DNA of 64,000 nt from Vampirovibrionales bacterium (GTDB lineage: Bacteria > Cyanobacteriota > Vampirovibrionia > Vampirovibrionales > JAGQHJ01), in NCBI GenBank assembly GCA_025449835.1, contig JANWIO010000166.1:18967-82966 (forward strand), given 5' to 3'. Each line of letters starts with the position of its first letter. Position 1 is the stretch's first letter. The notes under the pieces are model-generated. The model was not told the origin of the DNA, did no database searches, and worked only from the letters and a program-made list of their open reading frames with translations. The translations under genes were made by a program, and so were the position numbers. This document shows, piece after piece, positions 19,316-28,998 of the stretch.

Positions 19316-20155
19316 ATGCCACTTGTTATTAATACAAACGTAAACTCGTTAAATGCACAGCGGCTCTTGTCACAAAACACCATGAATCTCTCCAAAGACT
19401 TAGAGCAGTTGGCCTCCGGTTATCGAATCAACCACGCATCTGACGACGCAGCCGGGCTACAAATCTCCCAGAATCTGCAGTCTCAATACCGTGGTGTCGA
19501 GCAGGCCGTTCGAAACTCACAAGACGGGTTAAACCTCTTGTCTGTTGCTGAAGGTACCCTGAGTGTCGTTCAAGATAACCTCCAGCGGATCAGAGAGCTT
19601 GCTGTACAGGCGGCCAACGATGTGAACGGTACATCTCAAAGAACTGCTATTAAGCAAGAGATGGATGCCCGGATTGCTGACATCAACCGAATGACCAAAG
19701 CAACGCAATTTAACGGTGTTAATATCCTTCAAAGCATCAAAGGAAGCTTTAACATTCAAGTTGGTGCCAATGGTGCAGCATCCACAAACTCCATTAACAT
19801 TGCGTCTGCACTGGGTAGCGCAACAGCCACAGGCCTTGGCTTAAAGGCAACCGCAAATATGATTGCCGCCAACAGTAATGCCAGATCCTTTTTATCCAAT
19901 ATCGATACAGCCATTGCAAACGTCTCAACAAGACGTGCAACCATTGGTTCGTTTCAAAACCGGCTACAAAGTGCTATTGCAAACCTACAAATTGCTGACC
20001 AAAACTACCAAGCTTCTGCATCTCAAATTCGAGATGTGAACGTGGCTTCAGTCACTGCGGATCTGTCTCGAAACCAGATTCTGCAGCAGGCTTCCGTCAG
20101 CATTCTGTCTCAAGCAAATCAACTACCGGCCTTAGCACTCAAACTCATTGGTTAA
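19316..20155 (+). CDS. fliC: Flagellin (copy 5 of 6, 279 aa)
   Basis: Near-identical to copy 4, including a ~78-nt identical tract near the 5' end. Confidence 0.9.
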   Translation: MPLVINTNVNSLNAQRLLSQNTMNLSKDLEQLASGYRINHASDDAAGLQISQNLQSQYRGVEQAVRNSQDGLNLLSVAEGTLSVVQDNLQRIRELAVQAANDVNGTSQRTAIKQEMDARIADINRMTKATQFNGVNILQSIKGSFNIQVGANGAASTNSINIASALGSATATGLGLKATANMIAANSNARSFLSNIDTAIANVSTRRATIGSFQNRLQSAIANLQIADQNYQASASQIRDVNVASVTADLSRNQILQQASVSILSQANQLPALALKLIG

Positions 20156-20180
20156 TCATCTATAACCAGTGCTTAAGCCT

Positions 20181-20212
20181 GCAGGAGACCCTTTTGGGGT
20201 CTCCTGTTTTTT
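20181..20212 (+). terminator. Strong rho-independent terminator after flagellin 5
   Basis: CAGGAGACCC-tttt-GGGGTCTCCTG followed by TTTTTT. Confidence 0.85.
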
Positions 20213-20501
20213 CACGCATTTCCATCTTCCTTCTTTACAACCCTTTGTTTTTAAAATTTAAACATAGATTGTAACAGATTGTTTCAATTTCCACTGAATG
20301 ATTTATGTTTCCGATGACCCTGTCGAAATCACATCAGGGACACCTCAAAAATGTTCCCACCCCAAGGGCACATCCCTGTAAAAGCACCTACCATAGAATT
20401 ATATGATGCAGCTTTAGGCTAACTCGGCTGGGTTAGAATGGCTTTTGCAGTGCGTTTCCTTAGGGTTCATGGATGAAATAATATTGTAAGGAGACAATAC
20501 T

Positions 20502-21341
20502 ATGTCACTAGTCGTGAATACAAACATTTCTTCTTTGAACGCTCAAAGAAACCTTGCTAATAACACAATGAGCCTTAACCGATCGTTAGAGCGGTTATCC
20601 TCCGGTTTACAGATTAACCATGCTTCTGATAACGCTGCAGGGTTACAAATTTCTCAAAATTTGCAAGCCCAAGTTAATGGTGTCAACCAAGCAGTTTCCA
20701 ATGCACAGGATGGCAACAATCTTCTGTCTGTTGCTGAGGGTACCTTGAGTGTTGTTCAAGATAACCTCCAACGGATTCGGGAATTGACTGTGCAAGCCGC
20801 CAACGATGTAAACGGTACATCTCAAAGAACTGCTATTAAGCAAGAGATCGATTCCCGGATTGCTGACATCAACCGAATGACCAAAGCGACCCAATTTAAT
20901 GGTATCAATATCCTTCAAAGCATCAAAGGAAGCTTTAACATTCAAGTTGGTGCCAATGGTGCAGCATCCACAAACTCCATTAACATTGCTTCAGCACTGG
21001 GTAGCGCAACAGCCACGGGGCTTGGGTTAAAAGCAACCACCAATATGGTTGCTGCAAATAGTAATGCTAGGGCCTTTTTGGCCAATGTGGATACGGCCAT
21101 TTCAGCTGTCTCAACCCGAAGAGCAACGATCGGTTCTTATCAAAACCGGTTACAAAGTGCTATCAGTAACTTACAGATTACGTCTCAAAATTTCGCTGCT
21201 TCTGAATCTCAAATCAGAGACGTGAATGTCGCTTCAGAAACGGCAAACTTAACCCGTTCTCAAATTCTGCAGCAAGCTTCTGTAAGCATCTTGGCACAAG
21301 CAAACCAATCATCAGCTCTGGCACTCAAACTCATCGGTTAG
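20502..21341 (+). CDS. fliC: Flagellin (copy 6 of 6, 279 aa), mosaic: divergent N-terminus, central block identical to copy 5
   Basis: MSLVVNTNISSLNAQR... N-terminus. A ~63-nt block (20927-20989) is identical to 19741-19803 of copy 5. Confidence 0.9.
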   Translation: MSLVVNTNISSLNAQRNLANNTMSLNRSLERLSSGLQINHASDNAAGLQISQNLQAQVNGVNQAVSNAQDGNNLLSVAEGTLSVVQDNLQRIRELTVQAANDVNGTSQRTAIKQEIDSRIADINRMTKATQFNGINILQSIKGSFNIQVGANGAASTNSINIASALGSATATGLGLKATTNMVAANSNARAFLANVDTAISAVSTRRATIGSYQNRLQSAISNLQITSQNFAASESQIRDVNVASETANLTRSQILQQASVSILAQANQSSALALKLIG

Positions 21342-21707
21342 TACTCGTCGCTTAAAAAACAATCGAGTATTACCAACCCGTAGCTGAGTGGAGATCCTGA
21401 GATGGTTGAACCAAAACCCAAGCATCGGGATCTCTCCTCCCCTCCTCTACCTGAAGATCATGTCCAACCGACTGATATTCAGCTAACCTTAGAGGCTTCA
21501 ACCCAACGAGATATTCAATACCTTAACCAACTCAGTGCATTGATATCTCTTTACCTGGTAGACCAAGCCTGTGCATTTATCCGAGCCGGATAACACCAAT
21601 CTAAGGTCTTAAAATAGACGAGGAGACTAGAGAAACCGAGTCATAAAACAAAGAAGCACTTAGACAAATACGTCTAGGTGCTTCTGATTTGTTTAAACCA
21701 ACACAGC

Positions 21708-22184
21708 TTACACGCTCATATGCGGGTCATCTTCCACTTCCATAATGGCGGGGTCTAACGGACGGTTTTTATAGTACACCACGGTAATCTCAGTTTGTGG
21801 AGACACATCTTTTTGATAGGTTTCAGCCAAAAATTGAATGACCTGAGCCGCTGTTTTGAGCCCCTGCTTTTGCGCTTCATAATCTGAGTCGTCCAGCTCT
21901 TGAATCAAACAGCATTTGAGATCACCTTGAATCACCCCCTTACGAATAATTTTGTGATTCACCCGGATATCAACCTCTTCGCCATCCACCCAGTAGTGAT
22001 TGTCATAATATAAACGTCCCAGGCGAAATGCCACACGAAGCTGATCAATGGATTCGTTTATCACGTCTTCCCGAAACTGAGCTGGCCAATTAATTGCTTT
22101 TGACACCTTGTTTACTCCTCCACATCCATAGATGATTCTATTGTAACGGCTCCGTGACAAGCAGTAACAATTTTTATCAAACAC
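21708..22184 (-). CDS. Hypothetical protein (158 aa) immediately downstream of the flagellin array
   Basis: Long ORF with no recognisable motifs. Confidence 0.35.
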   Translation of the reverse strand: MFDKNCYCLSRSRYNRIIYGCGGVNKVSKAINWPAQFREDVINESIDQLRVAFRLGRLYYDNHYWVDGEEVDIRVNHKIIRKGVIQGDLKCCLIQELDDSDYEAQKQGLKTAAQVIQFLAETYQKDVSPQTEITVVYYKNRPLDPAIMEVEDDPHMSV

Positions 22185-22338
22185 TTGACTTGCTTATCTC
22201 TCAGCCATTTTGTCTTTTCCATAGGGTATTGTAGTAAATTTTTCTCATTGCATGCCTTGGTCATGTTTCTTATCATACCCAATACGTTCTTGATGTTTCG
22301 AATAAATCTCGTGGGGTGCTTTGGCAGGAGGTTAGAGT

Positions 22339-22620
22339 ATGCCAGAAAGTGCTGGCAAAAAACGTGTTTCAAAATCAAAACAGAAAAAACCAACAAATTC
22401 TGATTTGCAAGGGGTTTTAGGGCGCCAAAAAGCCCTCTCTCGGGCAAAAGCCTTACGGCGAATGACCCAGATTCTAACGCTGGATAACATTATTTGTGAT
22501 GAGGTCGTTCAGTTGATGACGTTCTTTGATTTCCATATTGATGAGCTCACAGAAGCCGGTGTGCCCTATGAAGTGGTTCGGGCTCTGGAAAAGCGCTACC
22601 CATTACTCCTTCATGAGTAA
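22339..22620 (+). CDS. Hypothetical small basic protein (93 aa)
   Basis: The ORF is followed by a clean intrinsic terminator at 22665-22697. Confidence 0.45.
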   Translation: MPESAGKKRVSKSKQKKPTNSDLQGVLGRQKALSRAKALRRMTQILTLDNIICDEVVQLMTFFDFHIDELTEAGVPYEVVRALEKRYPLLLHE

Positions 22621-22664
22621 ATCAGACAGATCAATGGTTTTATTCTGATCTGTTTCCCCTCATT

Positions 22665-22697
22665 CCCTCTCTAACTTCAGAGAGGGTTTGTTTTTTT
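22665..22697 (+). terminator. Rho-independent terminator
   Basis: CCCTCTCT-aacttc-AGAGAGGG followed by TTTGTTTTTTT. Confidence 0.75.
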
Positions 22698-22711
22698 GTC
22701 TTTGATAATGC

Positions 22712-23536
22712 TTACTCTTTCACACTGCCTTGCAGAATCCCCTGAATAAACTGGCGCTGCCCCATTAAAAAGACCAACACGATGGGCACAATGGAAATCG
22801 TTGAAGCCGCCATGAGCATGCTCCAATCCGTAATATCCCGATAACTACTTTTTAATGCGGCAATTCCCACGGGTAAGGTTCTTAATGTATCGGATTGGGT
22901 AATAATTAAGGGCCAGAGAAAGCTGTTCCAGCTACTAATAAACACAAAAATACCTAAGGCTACCAAGGCCGGCTTTGCTAAGGGAAGCGCAACGTAGATA
23001 AAAATCTGAAACGGGTTACACCCATCCATACGGGCTGCTTCTTCCAACTCTTTAGGCAGGCCGTTAAACCATTGCCGCAGCAAGAAAACCCCAAAAGCCG
23101 CAAATAGTCCCGGAACAATTAAGCCTGGATAGGTATCCACCCAATGAAAGGTCTTCATCACAAAAAACAACGGCACAATATTCACTTGGGGCGGAATCAT
23201 CATGGTGATCAGAAACACCATGAAAATCAGGTTTTTTTTCGGAAACTCCAATCGAGAAAAGCCATAGGCCGCCATGGCAGAGAAAAGCACTTGCCCCACG
23301 GTAGTACAGATAGAAACGACAACACTATTGAAAAAATAACGGGCCATAGGAACCTGTTGAAACACCTTCAGATAGTTCTCCCAATGAACAGGATGAGGCC
23401 AAAAATCCGGCGGGAATTGAAAGACTTGCTCCGTACTCATTAACGAGGTGGAAATCATCACCCAAAAAGGCCCCACCATGGCAAGGGAACCCAAAATCAG
23501 TATCGATAGCCAGACAAACTTAGGATTCAGCTTCAT
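22712..23536 (-). CDS. ABC sugar transporter permease (MalG/UgpE-like, CUT1 family)
   Basis: Six TM helices. EAA-like loop (EEAARMDGCNPFQIFIYVALPLAKP). Confidence 0.8.
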   Translation of the reverse strand: MKLNPKFVWLSILILGSLAMVGPFWVMISTSLMSTEQVFQFPPDFWPHPVHWENYLKVFQQVPMARYFFNSVVVSICTTVGQVLFSAMAAYGFSRLEFPKKNLIFMVFLITMMIPPQVNIVPLFFVMKTFHWVDTYPGLIVPGLFAAFGVFLLRQWFNGLPKELEEAARMDGCNPFQIFIYVALPLAKPALVALGIFVFISSWNSFLWPLIITQSDTLRTLPVGIAALKSSYRDITDWSMLMAASTISIVPIVLVFLMGQRQFIQGILQGSVKE

Positions 23537-24428
23537 GAAGCACCCACCGTTTTCTGAGCCACCACTGAATTAACGTAATGATAAGAATAATGACAAATAA
23601 AATATAGGCAATGGCCGAAGCTGGCCCCACTTTGTAGAATTCAAAAGCATTTTTGAACAACCAGTACACCAACACCTGGGTACTGTTTTGAGGACCGCCT
23701 TGGGTCAAAAGATAAACCGAATCAAACGCCTGAAACGCATTAATGAGCGAAACCGTAATAACAAAAAACAGGGTAGGGCTTAACATGGGCAATGTAATCC
23801 GGGTAAATCGCTGCCAAGCCCCCGCCCCATCCAGTGCCGCTGATTCGTATAAATGAAGCGGAACACCTTGGAGACCTGCCAGTAAAATCACCATGTTATA
23901 GCCCATGTCTTTCCACACCCGAAGCATAATAATGCCCAGCATGGCCCAGTGCGGATCGTATAGCCAGGCAATGGGCTTTTGACCCACCAGTTTGAGCCCC
24001 CAGTTCAACCACCCATAGCTCGGGTCATACATCCATCCCCACACCAATGCCACACTGACCATAGGCGTAATCACTGGTAAGAAAAAAATGGTTCGGAAAA
24101 GACCGATTCCTCGAATCGACTTGTTCACCAAAAGGGCCGCTCCCAAAGCCAATACCACTTCTAAAGAAACCGTTGCTACCACAAACACCAGGGAATTTTG
24201 AAGGGTTTTCCAGAACAAGGCATCCTGAAAAACAGTGATATAGTTTTCAAGCCCCACATAATGCGGCGACCCCAAGAGATTCCAATACGAAAAACTAAGC
24301 CCCAATGACATTAAAACCGGGATATAGGTAAAAAGCAGCAGTCCTAAAAAGCACGGCAGAATAAAGACCATCGGCCATCCCCACGTTTTCCAGAACGAAT
24401 TGGGCCTTGCCCCTGCGGGATGACTCAT
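23520..24428 (-). CDS. ABC sugar transporter permease (MalF/UgpA-like)
   Basis: Multi-TM permease with EAA loop (ESAALDGAGAWQRFTRITLP). Overlaps both neighbouring genes. Confidence 0.8.
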   Translation of the reverse strand: MSHPAGARPNSFWKTWGWPMVFILPCFLGLLLFTYIPVLMSLGLSFSYWNLLGSPHYVGLENYITVFQDALFWKTLQNSLVFVVATVSLEVVLALGAALLVNKSIRGIGLFRTIFFLPVITPMVSVALVWGWMYDPSYGWLNWGLKLVGQKPIAWLYDPHWAMLGIIMLRVWKDMGYNMVILLAGLQGVPLHLYESAALDGAGAWQRFTRITLPMLSPTLFFVITVSLINAFQAFDSVYLLTQGGPQNSTQVLVYWLFKNAFEFYKVGPASAIAYILFVIILIITLIQWWLRKRWVLHEAES

Positions 24429-25741
24429 TGTAGCAACTTCTCAATCTTCGGTGACACAGATTCAATGGCCTGCTTTGCCGTAGTGGTCCCTTCCCACACC
24501 GGTTCTAAAGCAAGATCCAGTTCTTCTGAGATTTCATCCCATCGCACAGGAGTATGAGAAGGCTGACCCTGGGCAATGACACTGATAAAATAACGGCCAT
24601 GAGCCGGAGGATTTTTTAAAAACCCCGCAGACTGAGCAACATCAATTCGAGCTGGCACAATGAGCCCACTTTGAGAAAAAATCTGTTGCGCATGGTGACT
24701 GGATAAAAACTGGACCAATTCCCAACTTTCCTGAGGGTGTTGGGTTACTTTTGATATGGCATAGCCCGACGCATCCACCCCCACAACAGATCCGGCATTA
24801 CCTTGAGGAAACGGAACCACGTCCCAGTGAAACTTCGCCTGCTTTCGCAAGATAGGAACACTCCAGCGCCCACTCACCATCATCGCAAGCTTTCCCTGTA
24901 AAAAAAGCTGACTCATGGTGGCACTCCCCACTTCTTCTAAACGCGGAGCCACATGCCATCGGTTTCTTAAATCCCCATAAAACTGAAGGGCTTGAACGGC
25001 TTTGGGTTGATTTAATTGAAATTGGGTTAAGCCAGGATTAAACAGATGTCCACCAGTACTCCACACAAAGGGTAGCCAGAACAAAGGCGGCTTAGCATAA
25101 AAAGAAATCCCGAATTGATCTTGAACACCATCGCCATTGGTATCTCGTGTCAATTTTTGTGCCATGACCAGCATCTCTTGTAATGTCCAGTTGGGTTTTG
25201 GAGGCAGTAAACCCGCCTGTTTAAAAAGATCGGCATTGTAATACACCACCAAGTCAGAGACATCCCGTGGAATGGCATATAAATGCTCTTTCCAACTTAA
25301 AGCTTTCAGGGCCGGTTCAAAAAATGTTTTTTGGTTTAAAGGGCTTTGAGGCTTACCTAAGAAGCTCTCCAAAGGCAAAAAAATGTTATTATCGGCATAA
25401 ACGGGTAAACTAAGGCTATTCATAAACACCACATCTGGTGTTAACCCACCTGCAATTAGAATATGCAGCTTCTGAAAATAGTTTTCAGGGATATGAAGCA
25501 CTTGAATGTGAATATGAGGATGCTTCGCTTCAAAAGTGTTTAAAAGGGAGTTTAAAACGACCATTTCTTCAGCGCTCCCCCAGGTTGAAAATCGCAGGGT
25601 CACCACATCATTTTTGGTCTGGGTCCCACAACTGGCAAAAATAACCGCTCCCAACATCAACAATAAAGCCATCGCAACCGAAAGGCACTTTGATGAAAAA
25701 AAGTTCAAAATTTTACTTAATAAATGTTGGGAATTGCGCAA
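24425..25741 (-). CDS. Extracellular solute-binding lipoprotein of a carbohydrate ABC transporter
   Basis: Signal peptide with lipobox (IFASCG). SBP family 1 architecture. Operon with two permeases; no ATPase gene in the locus. Confidence 0.8.
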   Translation of the reverse strand: MRNSQHLLSKILNFFSSKCLSVAMALLLMLGAVIFASCGTQTKNDVVTLRFSTWGSAEEMVVLNSLLNTFEAKHPHIHIQVLHIPENYFQKLHILIAGGLTPDVVFMNSLSLPVYADNNIFLPLESFLGKPQSPLNQKTFFEPALKALSWKEHLYAIPRDVSDLVVYYNADLFKQAGLLPPKPNWTLQEMLVMAQKLTRDTNGDGVQDQFGISFYAKPPLFWLPFVWSTGGHLFNPGLTQFQLNQPKAVQALQFYGDLRNRWHVAPRLEEVGSATMSQLFLQGKLAMMVSGRWSVPILRKQAKFHWDVVPFPQGNAGSVVGVDASGYAISKVTQHPQESWELVQFLSSHHAQQIFSQSGLIVPARIDVAQSAGFLKNPPAHGRYFISVIAQGQPSHTPVRWDEISEELDLALEPVWEGTTTAKQAIESVSPKIEKLLQ

Positions 25742-26127
25742 TTTTCAATCGGACCCTTTTTTATTTGTAGAGGAACCACCCTTTATTGTACGGTCGAATG
25801 GAAGTATTTATCCAAAACTGCCCTTATGAAACATCACATTAACCTTATTTTAAACCAGTTTCCGCCACTCAAACGTAAACCACTCCTGAGATGGTTCAGT
25901 GAATCTGAGGTTGGTCGGAAATCTTGTCATCAAGCATTTTTAGCCTGCTTGCAAGAAGTTTCGGCGTCTCAACCTGAATTGGATCGGCGAAGTAAAATTG
26001 CCTTTAGCCTGGTCCATGAATTTGGCCTGCCCTTTTCAAAACAAACCCTTTATAAACCATTGATTGACGCCGTCGAAGAACGTTTAATCCAAAAGTCTCA
26101 TATTTCCTAGCCGCAAAAACAGGCAAC

Positions 26128-27549
26128 TCACGAAGGTTCATTAACAGGTTGTGCCGAGGTTTTATCAACCCAACCCTCAATCTGGGTTTGGCGGGCACGG
26201 GCAATGGCTAAATCGCCGGACTCAACATCTTCTGTAATAACAGAGCCAGCGGCAATACAAGAACGCTGATGCAGTGTGACTGGCGCAATCAAAACGCTGT
26301 TGCACCCCACTTTAACCCCGTTTTCAATCACAGTCCGATGTTTTGCATCGCGAATCGGATCATAGTTGGCCACAATCGTTCCAGCCCCCATATTCACATC
26401 ATCGCCCACATCCGCATCCCCTAAATAACAAAGGTGTGCCGCATTGGAACGATCACCAATTTGCGTTTCTTTCACTTCTACAAAATTCCCCACCCGAACC
26501 GTTTCTCCGAGGATGGCGTTATCTCGAAGATGGGCAAAAGGACCAACATAACTATTTTTGCCAATAGCAACCCGACGCTCAAGATTGGAATAAACAACCC
26601 GACAGAAGTCACTTACTTCAATTTCTCCCCGCATGGTGGTGTACGGTCCAATTTCACAATGGAAGCCAATGACAACATCCCCTTCCAGGTAACATCCCGG
26701 ATATAAAACCGAATCTGCCCCAACCTGAATTTCAGGCGCCAATGTCATGCTTTGAGGATTAACAATGCTTACACCTTGATCCATTAAGCGCTTGGCTGTC
26801 CATCGGGATAAAATGCCACACGCTTCTGACAATTGGGATCGGCTATTGATGCCTAAAATTTCATCCGGGTCAGGCCATACAACCGGAATCACCTGTTTTT
26901 TGTCTTGAGCCAACAAACCTAACACATCGGTTAAATAAAACTCTCCTTGGGCATTATTTTGAGTAAGTTTTGCAAAATACCCTGAAAAAACAGGCCAGTT
27001 AACCGTATAAATTCCTGCATTAATCCATGGAATCTTTTTTTCTTCCAACGTGGCATCTTTTTCTTCCACAATACGCTGAAATTGATTCTCCTGATCTCGA
27101 ACTACCCGCCCATATCCTGTTGGGTCAGACATTGCCACTGTCACCATGGCCACCGCAGGCTGCTTTTGGTCATACAGTTTAAGCAATTCTTGATACCGTT
27201 CGGCCAAAACCAACGGCATATCCCCACAGGTAATTAACACGTCAGCTTGGGTTTCAGAAGGCAAAGCCTTTAAAACCTGCATCATGGCATGACCTGTTCC
27301 CAGTTGAGGCTCTTGAACGACAAAGTGAATAGAAAAAGGTAAATTCAAGTGGGAAATGACTTCCTCAACCTGCTGAGCCTGGTGACCAATCACCAAAATC
27401 ACCTGATCTAATTTTAAAGGGACAAAACTTTCTAACACCCGTTGAATCATGCTTTTGCCTAAAACCGGATGAAGCACCTTGGGCAAATCACTCTTAAGCC
27501 GGGTCCCTTTGCCAGCCGCCAATACCACACCAATCCGAAGCTTTGCCAT
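26128..27549 (-). CDS. glmU: Bifunctional UDP-GlcNAc pyrophosphorylase / GlcN-1-P acetyltransferase
   Basis: N-terminal LAAGKGTRLKSDLPKVLH nucleotidyltransferase signature. C-terminal left-handed beta-helix hexapeptide repeats. Confidence 0.9.
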   Translation of the reverse strand: MAKLRIGVVLAAGKGTRLKSDLPKVLHPVLGKSMIQRVLESFVPLKLDQVILVIGHQAQQVEEVISHLNLPFSIHFVVQEPQLGTGHAMMQVLKALPSETQADVLITCGDMPLVLAERYQELLKLYDQKQPAVAMVTVAMSDPTGYGRVVRDQENQFQRIVEEKDATLEEKKIPWINAGIYTVNWPVFSGYFAKLTQNNAQGEFYLTDVLGLLAQDKKQVIPVVWPDPDEILGINSRSQLSEACGILSRWTAKRLMDQGVSIVNPQSMTLAPEIQVGADSVLYPGCYLEGDVVIGFHCEIGPYTTMRGEIEVSDFCRVVYSNLERRVAIGKNSYVGPFAHLRDNAILGETVRVGNFVEVKETQIGDRSNAAHLCYLGDADVGDDVNMGAGTIVANYDPIRDAKHRTVIENGVKVGCNSVLIAPVTLHQRSCIAAGSVITEDVESGDLAIARARQTQIEGWVDKTSAQPVNEPS

Positions 27550-27558
27550 GAACCCTTC

Positions 27559-28404
27559 CTAAACCAAAATAGATTCTGGCTCTTGGACCTCTTGTTGGTT
27601 ATGTGGGGACTCCCCAGGCCGATGATGCTTGCTGCAAATGCCTCGCTTGGAGGACAGTACAAAATCCAAGAGTTCTTCTAGATAGTGATCCATTTCCAAA
27701 TTATCTCGAATGGCCTGAATCGCGTGGGTTTGATTTAACCCCGAAAACCAAAGATAGAAAAAGGCTTTTTTCAGCCGTTGCCGCTCTTCAGAACTAAGCC
27801 CTCGGCGCCGAAGCCCCACAGTGTTAACGCCTCGAATGGTTGTAGGCTTTCCATCACTCATTGAAAATGGTGGCAAATCTTGACTACATCCACTTGCACC
27901 CCCTAAAAATGCCATTCTGCCCACCACTACATGCTGATGGATGAGACTCCCACCACCGATAAAGGCATAATCCCCTAACTTAACATGGCCTGCAACCTGG
28001 ACTGCATTGGCCATAATCACATGATCTCCGGCTTGACAATTGTGTGCTAAATGACTGTATGCCATGAGAAAGCAGTTATCCCCGATAACGGTTTCATTGC
28101 CTTCACCGGTTGCCCGATTTAAGGTGACATATTCTCGAATCAATGCATTATCACCCACCCGAACCCGAGTTAGCTCTCCTTGATAAGCTAAATCCTGAGG
28201 AGCTCCTCCTAAAACAGCACCTGCTGCAATTCGGCAATTTTTCCCTAAAATCGTTCTGTCTTCCAGCACCACATGGGGGCCTAAAATTGTCTGTTCCCCA
28301 ATGTGGACATTGGCACCAATAACACTATAAGGGCCAACTTCAACGTCATCTTCCAGAATTGCCGACGGATCAATAATTGCCGTGGGATGAATTCGTTGTG
28401 TCAT
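27559..28404 (-). CDS. lpxA: UDP-N-acetylglucosamine O-acyltransferase
   Basis: Hexapeptide-repeat beta-helix (IHPTAIIDPSAILEDDVEVGPYSVIG...) with the LpxA C-terminal helical domain. Adjacent to fabZ. Confidence 0.9.
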   Translation of the reverse strand: MTQRIHPTAIIDPSAILEDDVEVGPYSVIGANVHIGEQTILGPHVVLEDRTILGKNCRIAAGAVLGGAPQDLAYQGELTRVRVGDNALIREYVTLNRATGEGNETVIGDNCFLMAYSHLAHNCQAGDHVIMANAVQVAGHVKLGDYAFIGGGSLIHQHVVVGRMAFLGGASGCSQDLPPFSMSDGKPTTIRGVNTVGLRRRGLSSEERQRLKKAFFYLWFSGLNQTHAIQAIRDNLEMDHYLEELLDFVLSSKRGICSKHHRPGESPHNQQEVQEPESILV

Positions 28405-28890
28405 CTATACCGTTCCCCCATTTTTAGGTTGAAGGAAAAAGAGAATTTCACCATCCGCAACCCGTTCACCATCAACGGTTGCTTTCCCATAGGCCTTGCC
28501 CAAGCTGCCTTTCAATTTAAGTAATTCTACATGTAGCTCCAATTTATCACCCGGAATAACCTGGCGGCGAAAACGAACCTCATTAATTCCTGCAAATAGG
28601 GCTATTTTACCCTCTCCCTCAGGCAGATAGCTTACTAAAATACTCCCCAGTTGTGCCAGGGATTCAATAATCAAAACGCCAGGCATTAAGGGCATATTCG
28701 GGAAGTGACCTTGAAAAAAAGCCTCGTTCATCGAAACATTTTTATACCCTGTAATGTATTTTCCTTGTTCCATCTCAGTAACACGATCCACCAATAAAAA
28801 AGGATATCGATGGGGAAGGGTTTCCATAATGGTGTGAATATCGAATCCGCTGGTTAAGGATTGTTCTGTCTTTTCAAGCATTTCAATCAA
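28405..28890 (-). CDS. fabZ: 3-hydroxyacyl-ACP dehydratase
   Basis: Hot-dog fold motifs LPHRYPFLLVDRV and HFPNMPLMPGVLIIESLAQ. Confidence 0.9.
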   Translation of the reverse strand: MIEMLEKTEQSLTSGFDIHTIMETLPHRYPFLLVDRVTEMEQGKYITGYKNVSMNEAFFQGHFPNMPLMPGVLIIESLAQLGSILVSYLPEGEGKIALFAGINEVRFRRQVIPGDKLELHVELLKLKGSLGKAYGKATVDGERVADGEILFFLQPKNGGTV

Positions 28891-28998
28891 AACTCATCCA
28901 CCTTGCTTTAATCTCAATAGAGTGTTCGTATTATACGTAAAAAATAAAGTAAAAACGATAGTTGTTTATTGGAGCCATCGCTTTCCCGTTACACCTTG

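Noticed and set aside
25826-26110. 94-aa ORF between the ABC transporter operon and glmU
   Set aside because: It has no convincing SD and no recognisable motif. It is left unannotated, although the 385-bp gap suggests something may be expressed here.
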